A DNA stretch of 63,345 nucleotides, counting the filler, from Reticulomyxa filosa (Eukaryota > Protista > Foraminifera), in NCBI GenBank assembly GCA_000512085.1. It is 16 parts of 16 records of this genome, joined end to end, with 100 filler letters (N's around TTAATTAATTAA, not from the genome) between each part and the next. Parts side by side here need not be neighbours in the genome. Positions count along the whole stretch, not along the records: positions 49,052 to 52,541 come from ASPP01001246.1; positions 52,642 to 54,591 come from ASPP01007975.1; positions 54,692 to 57,006 come from ASPP01003258.1; positions 57,107 to 58,463 come from ASPP01022688.1; positions 58,564 to 63,345 come from ASPP01014223.1; 11 more parts are not named here. One strand, given 5' to 3'. Made by a program: the position numbers and the translations under genes. Below, piece by piece: positions 51,621 through 63,345 of this stretch; the first letter of the stretch is position 1, and every line of letters begins with the position of its first letter. The notes beneath the pieces were generated by a model, which made no database searches, had not been told where the DNA came from, and saw only the letters and a program-made list of their open reading frames with translations.

Positions 51621-52659
51621 ATAAAAAATTAAATATCAACGCTTTTTACAATTTAAAACTTAAAATATCATTTATTTTGAATGTTATTCAATGTTTTATT
51701 TCTCAAATTTTTTCAACACATTTGTTGTTTTTAAAATTTTGTTTCCGTTTTTATGGTTGTCTCAATACCCCGCATCTTTCAAATGATTTTTATTTTTAAA
51801 TATAACTTGTGTTGTTATTGTTGTCAACTTTTTGACGAAAAAAATTTGTGTTTTTTGTTTTTATACTACTTGACTCTACTTTACAATTAAACCAATCACA
51901 TGTTGATTACCATTCGCATAAGCAAAATAGGAAAACAAATATTCTTAAAATTTTAATGGCATTCACTTCTTAGCAATCAATTTAAATTTAATAGTGTTTA
52001 TTAAACAAAGACTTGAATTAAAACAATTGCAATAATAAAGAACATAATATTCTTTACCAAATGCTTTGAATGTTAAATTTTTGTTATCTGTAACAATGTT
52101 AAAAGTGATTTTAAATATTATCAGAATAAACACATGAACCAGTTCTTTAATTATTTCACAAATGTAGTATAAAGCAATTATGCGTGAATATATTTTTGAA
52201 AAATGTGTAATCAATACAACAAGTTTTAAATTATCTTGTCTAGATTTAATATCCATTATATTCAAAGAATTTTATATCGATACAAGATATTTTTTTATTC
52301 AGTTTCAAGCTAGAAATAGACAAATATATTACGATACTTGTTGTTTTGAATAAAAGAAGAAAATAATGTATGTATTGTGTTGATTCTAAAATCTCTGATT
52401 GTGAATTGAGATATGACCTATAATGAATGGTTTATGTTTATAAAAAAATGAATGTAAAAATCCTTTTGATTGAAAGAGAATGTTGTGTGTAATATGAAAA
52501 AGCAACTTTATAATACAACGCAACACACATAATGTCCAATCNNNNNNNNNNNNNNNNNNNNNNNNNNNNNNNNNNNNNNNNNNNNTTAATTAATTAANNN
52601 NNNNNNNNNNNNNNNNNNNNNNNNNNNNNNNNNNNNNNNNNCAAAAAAAAAAAAAAAAA

Positions 52660-53173
52660 AGCCTCAAACAATAGAGAATGCCTCGAAAGCCGGCTTTGTA
52701 CTGACAAAAATGGACAGTGAGGAAGACAGAGCCGGCAAGTGGCAACAAAAACAAGATGTGGAGCCACTGGAGAAGAAGGAGTCCAATGGGAACGAAAACA
52801 CTTCCGGGCGAACGCGGACTCAGAGATAGAGCCAGACGCCGAGCGAGACACGGAGTCGCACGGCGATCAAAAAAAAGGTCATCATCGCAAGTCCAACAGC
52901 TGCAGCGATATCAACCAAAGTCACGGGGACAGAGTCAATTACCCGAGTAGCAAACATGCACATAGCAGAAACCAGAGTTTCAGTTTCCGTACCGCCGACG
53001 GACAAGTCGTCACTGTACAAATGAAAAAAAGGCTGTCACGATCTAAGAAAGATACCATGTTGACAAGTAATCAGATTGAATTGGTCCAAGCTATGACTAA
53101 GTTTATTCATTTATCATTTTCAAATATACGACACATAAAAACATAAGGTTAAAACAAACTAAAAATATGTATG

Positions 53174-53234
<61 letters not shown>

Positions 53235-53683
53235 TAATAATACATAATAATAATACATAATAATAATACATAATAATAATACATAATAATAAAAGGTACA
53301 CTTTATTGAGCTGCATCGTAATTGTGATGACGATATCGTTTACATCCACTGTCATTATTCGCTTTGTATTTGTGAAGAATACATCATTAAGCAACATGGA
53401 AAATCGATCTGAAGTGTGGACGCAAATGTTTTTTTTGTTCTTACATAACATGGTCGATGTCATTTGTATATACTTTTTCCTAGATTTTAGTAAGCAGCAT
53501 TACTTGTGGTGCTGCAATCCGTGCGATTACATGTGCGAATATTGCGGAATTACTATCTCCGAACATATCCTTCGCCATCGTCAACCTGAGGCACTCACTC
53601 ACAATCCATCCGCTTCGCCCAGTCCACCTAATCCTCCCAATCCATCTACTGAAATCCGTTTGAGTACTATTCAAGAGGAGTAA
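52660..53683 (+). CDS. Orphan multi-pass membrane (GPCR-like 7TM) protein, 3' exons; 5'-partial
   Basis: Long hydrophilic loop, then LVQAMTK|YTLLSCIVIVMTISF (TM), FFLFLHNMVDVICIYFFLDF (TM) and a Cys-rich tail Y.WCCNPCDYMCEYC. In-frame phase-2 intron at about 53101-53296. Confidence 0.5.
53180..53292. repeat. (AAT)n microsatellite grading into TACATAATAA(TAA) units, intronic
   Basis: Seen directly in the sequence. Confidence 0.8.
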
Positions 53684-54037
53684 TATTCGTTGTTGCTTTG
53701 TTTTGTTTTGTTTTTTTTTTCCTTTATATGTATTTTTTAAATCTTTCCTAAAACGTTTATTCAAATAATCAAAAAAAAAAAAAAAAAAAAAAAAAAAATT
53801 ATTTTTTTTCTCTTTTTTTTTTTTTTCTCGCAAAAATAACTGACTTTATCAGTTGTACATTCACTTTTTTTTCCTATTCTTGTTTTGTTAAACTTCACGC
53901 TCTGCATTTTTTTCTTTTAAATTGTTATTATTTAGTCTCCAACCACAATTGCGTTTTTTTTTTTCTTTAAGCAAACATCTTTCTTTCCATTTTTGTAGTA
54001 TTTTCGCTCTCTATAAAAACAAAATTCACGAAAGAAA

Positions 54038-54557
54038 ATGACAAGCCCTCAACATGTTCAATATGTTGCAAGTCTCTTGCTTGCATTAGCATTTTTTCGC
54101 TGCGATAGCAATCACATTCGAGTCTCCCCAGAAGATCATTCGTTTGTGGATGCCGATGGATACACGTATATTTTCCACGGAACAGCGCAAGACAACAACT
54201 ACGGGCTGAGTACATATAACGAGACGCAGCTGCAGCAAATGCAAGACTGGGGATTCAATGCAATTCGTTTGGGTTTTCATTGGCACTTGTACGAGACCTC
54301 TCCGAACGAGTTTAACGAGACGTACATGGATGAAGTGGAGAATATCGTGGGATTGTATTATAACAAGGGAATGGTGTGCATATTGGACATGCACCAAGAT
54401 TTGTGGTCACCCATGTATTGTGGAGGACACGGTATTCCAGAATTTTACGGATATCCATACAATGAGACAAGTTATTGGAGATGGGGAAACATGACCTTTC
54501 CAATGCCTGTCAACCCACCCTTGGGCTATGTTAGCAATGAATCCGATCCATGGTATC
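54038..54557 (+). CDS. Secreted GH5 glycoside hydrolase, endoglycoceramidase-like, first exon; 3'-partial
   Basis: Signal peptide, then FVDADGYTYIFHG...MQDWGFNAIRLGFHW..YE..PNEFNETY...V....NKGMVCILDMHQDLWSPMYCG.HGIP. Confidence 0.82.
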
Positions 54558-55290
54558 GTATATGTGTTTTTTTTTTTTTTTTTTTTTTTTTNNNNNNNNN
54601 NNNNNNNNNNNNNNNNNNNNNNNNNNNNNNNNNNNTTAATTAATTAANNNNNNNNNNNNNNNNNNNNNNNNNNNNNNNNNNNNNNNNNNNNTGTTGTTAT
54701 TGAATTTTTTGAAAGAATACAGTAATAGATATAAAAAAAGGAACGGCTTCTTAGTTTGAAAGGCAGACAGCAAAGTAAGGGCAGTTCTTTTAATCAATAA
54801 ATGTAGTTTGAAATGATCATTTACAAGACTTTTACTAAAACTAATTATGAGTCATTGCAGATAATTCATCAGGAAGGTAAGAATCGATATTCATTGAAAC
54901 TACAATAATTTCTTGTTAATCATTTCATTCATTATTTTTTTATGATATTTCTTTTCTTCTTCTCGTTTATTTTCTCTTTTTATTTTGCGTTTTCATTGAC
55001 TGTCTTGAAACATTCCAAACACTTTTCAATACCACATAGAATAACAAGTATTGATTAGTTTTATTTACTTATGTATATTTTTACAAACAAGTGATTCAAA
55101 TAAAAATCATTTATTGTAATATTAATAATGCCTTTCCAATTGGCTGAGCAAAAAGAGTTATGTACATCATCTTTTTTAAAATTAAAAATACTTAAAAAAA
55201 CTTTGACAACATGACCAATCAAAATACAACACAAAAATCTTCTGAAAGAAAAACTGAACAAACTAAATAAATTCAACTTCTTATTACCTC

Positions 55291-55405
55291 TTTCAAACCT
55301 TGAAAGAGTTACCTACTTCACTTTCTGAATCTCAATGTGTGAAACACAAACACGAAATCATCATTTGTGGAGGTTGTAACAATAATTGCTATTCTTATAG
55401 TTTTT
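55291..55405 (+). pseudogene. Kelch-repeat gene fragment
   Basis: FQTLKELPTSLSESQCVKHKHEIIICGGCNNNCYSYS, isolated in AT-rich DNA. Confidence 0.6.
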
Positions 55406-56647
55406 TAGAGTTATTGGATGAAGATGAATAAAATTGAATATTCAACAGTATACACAATTTGTGTGCCCAGTGAATGTTTTAAGTAGTTGTCATTTCAACT
55501 TTTTTATTTTTTTTCTTAAGATCTTCTTTGATGTAAAATGAAAAATGAATGAGTTTTTTTTAAATCAAGAATAACGAAATGTGTTGTCAAAAATATGTTG
55601 GTAATATATAGTTGCATAAATTACATAAATTATTGTAAAAGAAATTCGATGCACAAAGCGTGGATTGATATTTGTTTAGATGATTACACAACTTGTAGTT
55701 AGAAATCATTACAAAGAGAATTTATCATCTAAATTAATAACAAAGTTTTTAAGCTTGCATTCTTCCACCTGCAACATTAACATATGATAAAACTCTATCC
55801 CTTTTTCAGTGTTTATTGCAAATTGAAAATGCTTTGAATTTCTTTAATAATAGTAATTTTATTTGATAGAAGACCCAAATTCATATCATTATAAACTATC
55901 AACAAAGCTAAGTCAAATCTGCTGTGAATTATACAATGACATTTAGTATTTTCTTTTCATGTTGTTTTCTGACTAGTTTTATTCTAGCTAAGTTTTGTTA
56001 AAAGAAAATACTTTTGCGAACTAAAAAAAAAAAAAGGATAAAATCAACAAAAAGAAATTCTTGAATTATATTCAATTTATTCCATTTGTTAAAGTCTCTG
56101 TTGTTGAAAATTGTAATTTACTACAATTTTTTTGTTGTTGTTGGTAGTATTTGAAAAACTTATGTCCATTTGGGTTTGAATACAATAGCTTTTACAATTT
56201 GTGAAATGTATTTTATAATTTACAGCAATGCAGTAAATCGTTGTTTTTGGTGTACGACATCAAACATACTAAAATTAAATTGTTATCAACATATTTCAGA
56301 ACAAAGTTTAAAATATTTGTTTACGATTCAATTTTTACGTATTTTCAATCTAGAACTATTGGGCATGTGATATATGATTACAATGTAATATAATTTGTAA
56401 TATACGTGATATATTTAATCTTTAACAAATAGTTTTCTTTTTTATCTCAAACAACTTTTCCTTTTACATCATCCGATTCAATCCTAAAAAAAAAGCTAAA
56501 AGAATAACCCCTCAACAAGCATTAGTAAGTCTCAATTTTGTCTTGAGAAACTGCTTGCTTTTAGATTATTATTTGAAATTGTGGTTAATCCAAAGTATAA
56601 ATTAAATCAATTCAAAATAAAAATCAAAACAAAATTTCATTCATACA

Positions 56648-57006
56648 TATACCTCCAAACACAAATTGGACCATTATATGAGCCATAATATAAATCAACA
56701 CCGTAATCATTTTTTAATTTTTGTTCATTATCATCTACTTTGCTTTTCAATGATACAAATTTAAAACATAATATTCCATCACTTTCATTACCTCCTTCAA
56801 TTGAATACAATTCATTCTTATTTGATCAAACATCCCAAAAACGAATTGTATTATCCCATTATCCAGAACATATCACATTTGAATCACCAATATTATTCTT
56901 TATTACAAATGGTGAATATTCAACAGACCAAATCCAATTTGTATGTCCATTGAACACTTGACTCTGTTCACTAGATCGAATATCCCACAAACGAACACTT
57001 TTATCA
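56648..57006 (-). pseudogene. WD40-repeat pseudogene (3' part)
   Basis: DKSVRLWDIRS...FNGHTNWIWSVEYSPF...VICSG*WDNTIRFWDV*SNKNEL, with two in-frame stops. Confidence 0.8.
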
Positions 57007-58296
57007 NNNNNNNNNNNNNNNNNNNNNNNNNNNNNNNNNNNNNNNNNNNNTTAATTAATTAANNNNNNNNNNNNNNNNNNNNNNNNNNNNNNNNNNNNNN
57101 NNNNNNAATTATTTGTGGACATGGAAAATATATCAATCGATAAAATTCAAGATTTTTTTAATATCGTCATTGATTCTTGTCGTGGTGAAAATATTTCAAA
57201 ATCACATGAAATTGTAAAGAGAGTAAATGATATATTATATGGTCACAATGACGGCAGTTTTTGGTAACACACTCAAACAAAGTCAGAGTGAATAGAGTAA
57301 TTTATTTAAATCTAAGTATATATTGCTTTTGATGAGATTATTCTAACGTGGATAAAACAATCTCAAATGAAGTGTAATAATTTTTAAAAGTGGACTTTGC
57401 ATAGAGAGTTCCCTCTAGACTCACTATCCTCTCTTCTTTTACTTTCTATCTTTTTTGTTATTAGTAAGTAAGGATTGAATATAAATGAAATTGGTCCTTC
57501 CACATTATATGAATATATTAACTACAAATAATTCAATTGAATTAAGAGAAAAAATATCTTATCAATTTCTTAAAGATAATCATAATTCTTGTGTCCAATT
57601 CAATGTCAATATTCAACAAAAGTAAGACACAAGATCAGTAATACGTCTTTTTTTAAGTAAAATGACAAATGAACATATGACATAATTTCATTTGTATAAG
57701 CTATTAAATTTTTTGGATGAATTTTTGTTTTAGAATAATAGCTGTGAACATGTTCAATTTTTCAAAAAAAAACCTATGTTTGATTCAAAAAAAGATGGAG
57801 AATCCTTCATTTTTTTATTTTTGAGAAACATCATCCCATTTTCGCACAAAACTTTTTTAAAAATTTTCAATTTGCAATAGACCCTGAAAAAAGGGATGAA
57901 ATTATTGTCATGCATACTCACATATTTCTTGTTTGTTGTTGATTTTTAAAATTATGCAATGTATCTCATTTGTCTATTTTTGACTCGTATTTGAGTATTG
58001 AACTATTTGGAAACTCAGTATTATTCTGCTTTGGATTATTGTCTCTTCAGAACAATTGCAAATGAGAATTTTGTCATTATGTAACAACCATTGAATACAA
58101 CGAAGTAGAATTAGTAGACTCAAAAGATTTATTCATATGTGTGTTTGTACTTGTTTTTAAATTTCTTAAAAAAAAGGGCTCAAGTTTGTGTTTCGCTTTT
58201 TCAAAAGAGAATGAAATTGAAAATAGTAAATGTAAAACAAACAAAAAAACTTTAAAAATAATATTATTTAAATTTCAAATCGATTGCAATTTGTAA

Positions 58297-58463
58297 TCAT
58301 CCCCAAATTCGTATTGTTTTATCACAAGAGCATGATATAATTAAATTATCATCTGGCGAAATATCAATTTCTGTTACAGAATCAGAGTGCCCTTCTAATC
58401 TTTGTATTTCTTGTCCTGATCTTACGTTCCATAAACGAATTGTATTATCATCTGAACAAGAAA
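58297..58463 (-). CDS. WD40-repeat protein, 3' end; 5'-partial
   Basis: SCSDDNTIRLWNVRSGQEIQRLEGHSDSVTEIDISPDDNLIISCSCDKTIRIWG*. Confidence 0.8.
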
Positions 58464-58751
58464 NNNNNNNNNNNNNNNNNNNNNNNNNNNNNNNNNNNNN
58501 NNNNNNNTTAATTAATTAANNNNNNNNNNNNNNNNNNNNNNNNNNNNNNNNNNNNNNNNNNNNTCGAATGTTCCACTATCTCACTATCAGCCCGTCGATG
58601 CAATTTATATGTCTTTCATGGTTAGTTTTTTTTTTTTTTTTTTTGTTGTTTCAATTTCATGCATCCTCTGTTTGCAATTTAAGCCAAAAAATAAATAATA
58701 CATACGCATACGCATAATTGACATTTGGGGGGGGGGGGGGAGGGGAAATAG

Positions 58752-59170
58752 CAAAATCCAAACCGAGAGAAACCGACTTGGTCGGCGGCATACGGACAAA
58801 GGAATGGGACGGAAAACCAAAACGTCTATAAAAAAAATGGACACACACCGAAATGGTGGAATGAAATTCCTGACGAATGTCGACTTGCATTTGTATTGGC
58901 CAGGATATTTTGGCACAACACATTGGGTAAGGACGAAGACGAAGAGGATCCCAGTCACACGGGTGTGGCATTCCAACAGTGTGACCTGGCCACAAGAAAA
59001 TATTTCGGCAAAGTGATCATAGAACAAATGAAGCGAAAAAGAATGGACTGTTCGATGGCCAACAGCAATCTCATTCGAAATTGGAACCTGAAATACAACT
59101 GCACCACCAAACGACATACCTGCGTACTCCTTCATTGCCAACTCTTATGTAAACATAATTATTTCTTGCA
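58752..59170 (+). CDS. Hypothetical protein exon
   Basis: More GC-rich open frame after a poly-G/AG acceptor: ...PKWWNEIPDECRLAFVLARIFWHNTLG...IIEQMKRK. No family recognised. Confidence 0.35.
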
Positions 59171-59511
59171 CCTAACCTCGTCACATTGCTCTCACTCGAG
59201 CTTCAATATCGACGTCCGTGCCCTTTTTCAATTCAATTTTGTTTTATTTCATGCCAATTGTCAATTTTTTCAAGCTCAAGGTATTTTTTTTTTTTTTTTT
59301 TGGTCTCATTAAAGTCGCTTTCGAACACTTTTTTTTAAAAAAAGCTTCGCGCATCAATAAAATAACGACACCATTCTCAAAATCCCAAACAACGAACACG
59401 CAACGTCAATCATCGCCGGATTTGTGTGAAGCAGTTTTGTTTTCCCAAAATAAACGTTGTTTTTTTTTTTTGCTAAAACGAGTCAAATGTAAATAAATAA
59501 AGCAAATTCGT

Positions 59512-59748
59512 ATGTCATGGATAAGAGGACATTACGTGGAGTTATATCACTTGGACAGAAATCAATGGATATTGGGTTTGATCAAAAGTACAACTCCTCG
59601 AACAGTTACTGTAATGTATTGTCCGACGACACTTCAGTGTCAACCCTCACGTTCACACACAGTTTCGTTTCAACAAACAACTGTTCCAAGGAATTCTGTT
59701 TTACTCAGACCCTATCTATCTGTTCGCACATCTCCTCATTATGTTTGA
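59512..59748 (+). CDS. Small Tudor/Agenet-like beta-barrel protein (tentative)
   Basis: WIRGHYVELY....NQWILGLIKSTTPRTVTVMY pattern. Confidence 0.3.
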   Translation: MSWIRGHYVELYHLDRNQWILGLIKSTTPRTVTVMYCPTTLQCQPSRSHTVSFQQTTVPRNSVLLRPYLSVRTSPHYV

Positions 59749-60938
59749 TTTCAATCAAACTACCTTTTTTTGTTGTTTTGTTTTTTCTTGGACGGAGCCT
59801 TGGTCATTGGTACATGTATAATATACGTAAACACTTTTTTTTTCTATTATCATTCCAAACACTGTTTGGAGAGGTGTCTTTTTCTTAATGAAAAAAAAAT
59901 TTTAAAATTTATGCGATATTTCTATGTGATCTATTTTTTATGTATTGTTGCTTTTTTTTCCCCCTCCAGCCAAACGATTGACAATTATGTGATTACTAAT
60001 CAATTGTCACCGTTTTCGTTTGGTTTTTTTTATTAGTTTCTTGATTGTTTAAGCTTGCATTGTTTTTTTACTCAATTCTTTTTGTCTTTGCAAAGGAAAA
60101 ATGGAAAAATTGATGCATATACAAGTTGGCTCAAATAATTTGGAATATTTTTCTATTCCAACCTATGTTACCTAAAAATAGTTTGCCAACTAAAGTAAAT
60201 TTGTGTTTATTGGTATTAGCTCTCAAATGAATTATGTTAACTCAAGGAGAACATTACCAATGCTCACATATATGCCTTTGTTTAATTTGGTTCATACGAA
60301 AAAAGTTGTTATCCGTACAACCTCTTTGCACAATTTTTCGGAAAGCTTGAGGGATTCTTTTGCTAGGTTATAGTGCAAGAAAAACAAGTGCGAGTACTTT
60401 AGGTCATCGCTTGAAAATTTGTTCCAAAAAAAAAATTGAAATAAACAATGGCAACAGTTGTCTGATTGAAGTGTTGAAACAAAAGAGAGGACAATGAGCC
60501 AATGAAGGATGAACAAAGGGAAATTATTGTATGATCATCGTTTATGACGTGTGAGCCCCAAATCACATCCGATACATGACAGATTTCAAATCAACACTGC
60601 TTCCCAACTCTGTCAAAAACAGCACCTTGCTCACATAGCTTCTGCAAAGCAAAATATCAATATTCAGTTTTGGTTTCATTATTGCCTTTACGAAAGCTGG
60701 TTTCAATCTTTGGTCCTGTAGTATTTAAAATTGCTCTGGCACTTGCTTACAATTTAACACAAAAAAAATAAAAAAGTACAAAATGAATCTGTGTCGCTGT
60801 TGTAATACTTATAAGAAATGTAAATACAAGTACAGAGCTTGTGTCGTTTTGAAAACTTTTTCTTTTTTTTTTGTCCAGCCGCCAAGAGGACCAAAAGTTG
60901 AAAAGATAATAAAAAAATTAAGCAAATCCCCTACCTTG

Positions 60939-61637
60939 ATGTTCCAACAAAATCAAATATTATTCGGCCAAGGCCCTTCAGTCCCCGCAATAGTGCCTTT
61001 TACGTTTACAACGGGGGAATTGGACCTGCTGCGAAGCAAATTGCAACTAGCGGAGCAGCAGCTGTTGTCGAACCCTTCAAAGAACACGCAATCGATAATT
61101 CAAGTATCACTGAGCGAGATGCGTACCCTCGAAAAAATGGTAGAAATGACACTACTGCAAGGGCTAAAATCGTCATGGGAAAACGTGGCGTCGTCAGGGT
61201 CATCACCTTTGTCGAACCCGAAATTGCGCAGCAACACGAACACAAGTCCCCCTGGCGACTACATATGTCACAAATGTGGAATCGAAGGGCACTATGTACA
61301 CGATTGTTCTAATGTGTATTACAAAGGTACTCCCCCTACCAATTACGTATGTTACAAGTGTAATACGCAAGGCCATTGGATTCAAAAGTGTCCATTGAGC
61401 AATTCGCACGATTACACTAAGTCACCGCCGACAGGGTACTGTTGCCATCGCTGTGGATTTCCAGGACATTGGATTAAGAACTGTCCCACGAATGACAAGC
61501 ATTTGGGCCAATCCACTGGCACTTTGACCCCTTCGTTTAGACGTGACAAGTCATTTCAGCCTTCGATCCAACAACCTGTACTCCATATGTTCACAAACAA
61601 TGACTCTAAACACACAAATGGAGGTATGCTTTTATAA
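60939..61637 (+). CDS. Triple CCHC zinc-knuckle protein (RBBP6/Mpe1-type knuckles)
   Basis: PPGDYICHKCGIEGHYVHDC, PPTNYVCYKCNTQGHWIQKCP and PPTGYCCHRCGFPGHWIKNCPT. A possible 3' intron starts near 61624. Confidence 0.8.
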   Translation: MFQQNQILFGQGPSVPAIVPFTFTTGELDLLRSKLQLAEQQLLSNPSKNTQSIIQVSLSEMRTLEKMVEMTLLQGLKSSWENVASSGSSPLSNPKLRSNTNTSPPGDYICHKCGIEGHYVHDCSNVYYKGTPPTNYVCYKCNTQGHWIQKCPLSNSHDYTKSPPTGYCCHRCGFPGHWIKNCPTNDKHLGQSTGTLTPSFRRDKSFQPSIQQPVLHMFTNNDSKHTNGGMLL

Positions 61638-62470
61638 TTATGTATTTATATATATTTATATATGTGTGTATATTCATATTTGTATGCTTATTTTCGTGAG
61701 TCTGTTGTTTGCTTTATGCGCATTTTTTGTTGACAGATACAAAGAAAATGTCTTAAATGAAACACGAACCAAATAAAAGTAAAACTGACGTGGAATATAG
61801 TCATTGATTGTTACCAGCTTTTTTTTTTCCTTCATTTTTTTGAATGTTCAAAAATGGGGAAGATCACAAACATCGCATAATTGCGCTGCCATTGTTTCTT
61901 TTTTTTTTTTTGGTTTTCTTTTTAACAGGCGACTTTTAAAAGTCCGCAACTCTTATTTCTTTGCTCACGTTGTGTTGCATCACTTCTTGCAAAAGATCTT
62001 TTTTTGTTTTGTTTTTAGTTTTGTGTTTTTCTTTCATTGCATTTCGTCTTCCAATATTAACATATTATTGTACTTTAAGCTTGGTCTAGTTTCTTTGTTG
62101 TTGGCTCTTTTTTTGGGGGGTTCATTACTCCTTCTGCTTCATCTCATACGTATGAGTGAAGAAACTTGATGTCAACCAATTGCAAAACAGCATAACTCAG
62201 AAACTTGTGCCTGCGTTCTTCATAAATTAATTTTTTTGCAACAATCATAAGAATAAAAACAATCTCTTGACCGGAAAAATTGATTATGGCACAAGATTTG
62301 CAGTCCAAATCATGTATTTAAGGTCATTGGAATAACCTTAGGTTGTAAAAAAAAAAAGCTTATTTTCTGTATTCTCTTTGTGACTGGAAGCCCGAAAACG
62401 AACAACCTGACAGAATGGGGAGTTAAAAAAAGTACTTTTTTTGGTTAATAAGAAAAAGTGGATTTGAAGG

Positions 62471-63295
62471 ATGACAGCACTAGAGGCTTTTCGACCGTTG
62501 TCTCCAGTGATCTTTTTTGAAGTCGAAGCTGAATACGATTCGACACAAGTTTATACCATTCATTGCCAAGGTCTGGAAGTGTACGCCGAGTGTTATGTAT
62601 CCACAGCAATAGTTTCAATGAAAGGAAAATGGACTAATCAGACCGATCAAACAGTTTCTTCTAATTGTTGTGTGTCCCAAAGAGGGGAGAAGAGGGAATT
62701 GTGACTAAACAACAATAAAAATTATACAATATCCTCACACCAACAAGCGTTCCAAAATAAAACTAGCTGGACTGTGTCTTTGCCCTTCCGACCACGGGAA
62801 CAATAATGAACGTATCATTGACAGTCGGAGAAAGTCGTGTGTTTAATACAGCCATTGTATCAAACGAAGAAAAGGACGAAATAATCAAAGTTCAAACATA
62901 GGCTTATACATTTGTATATTTTGATATTTGTGTGTACGTAGGGATCCTTTTTTTTTGTGTGTGTGTGGGGTGTGACATCTCCTTCCCCTCTCAAAAAAAA
63001 AAAAGGAACATAGGGGTAAACACGAAGACGTGATCCCACAAGGACCAAGTCCATACGAACAATATATCCCAGATCTGTTTCGTCTGCCATTCAATGGAGT
63101 GAAGGCAGGAGAATCAATAGAGGTAGAATGCCAATACTTGCAAAATCTGAGCTATTACAAGAAAGGGTATAGTTTGTCCATTCCTCTTTATTTTCCAAGA
63201 GGAACCATTGTCAAAAATGCAGTTTGGGAAGATCTTATCAAAGTCCGCTGCAAAATTAACGCCGTGTCGCCCAACACAAAAGTTTTGTGGGCCGT
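62471..63295 (+). CDS. VIT-domain (inter-alpha-trypsin inhibitor / VWA5-like) protein, 5' exons; 3'-partial
   Basis: LEVYAECYVSTAIVSMKGKW|LDCVFALPTTGTIMNVSLTVG..RVFNTAIV...FRLPFNGVKAGESIEVECQYLQNLSY..GYSLSIPLYFP. Confidence 0.65.
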
Positions 63296-63302
63296 ATGTT
63301 AC

Positions 63303-63334
<32 letters not shown>

Positions 63335-63345
63335 AAACATAAATA

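Noticed and set aside
49689-57006. Stop-codon reassignment to explain in-frame TAA/TAG/TGA
   Set aside because: TOR runs about 2,460 codons without internal stops, intact genes end in TGA, TAA or TAG, and most stop-containing regions also carry frameshifts or truncations, as expected of pseudogenes.

Overview
AT-rich, intron-rich eukaryotic (protist) genomic DNA. The gene content (WD40 and Kelch repeat relics, many pseudogenes, homopolymer-rich introns) resembles the foraminiferan Reticulomyxa filosa; this is an inference, not a database match. The window is not one locus. It is 16 short contigs joined by 15 artificial 100-bp linkers (44 N + TTAATTAATTAA + 44 N), so adjacency across a linker means nothing. 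Recognisable genes: XRN1 (3' end), selenocysteine elongation factor eEFSec, TFIIB (5' end), ATG1/ULK kinase, a CaMK-type kinase (3' end), TOR (5'-truncated, one frameshift), a RING+PHD protein, a DnaJ protein, a G-alpha subunit, a histidine-phosphatase protein, a GH5 endoglycoceramidase-like enzyme, a triple CCHC zinc-knuckle protein and a VIT-domain protein. Mobile and decayed DNA: a Ty3/gypsy pol relic, a LINE 5' fragment, a 301-bp Tc1/mariner-type MITE, and ubiquitin, VPS13, WD40 and Kelch pseudogenes. Many single frameshifts fall in homopolymer runs and are probably sequencing errors. The most notable item is a bacterial-type ParA/Soj-family ATPase gene split by about six spliceosomal introns, a candidate domesticated horizontal transfer. 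Next are a Cid1/Trf4-like nucleotidyltransferase with NxN in place of the catalytic DxD, an atypical G-alpha, and a signal-peptide-bearing DNAJB6-like chaperone.
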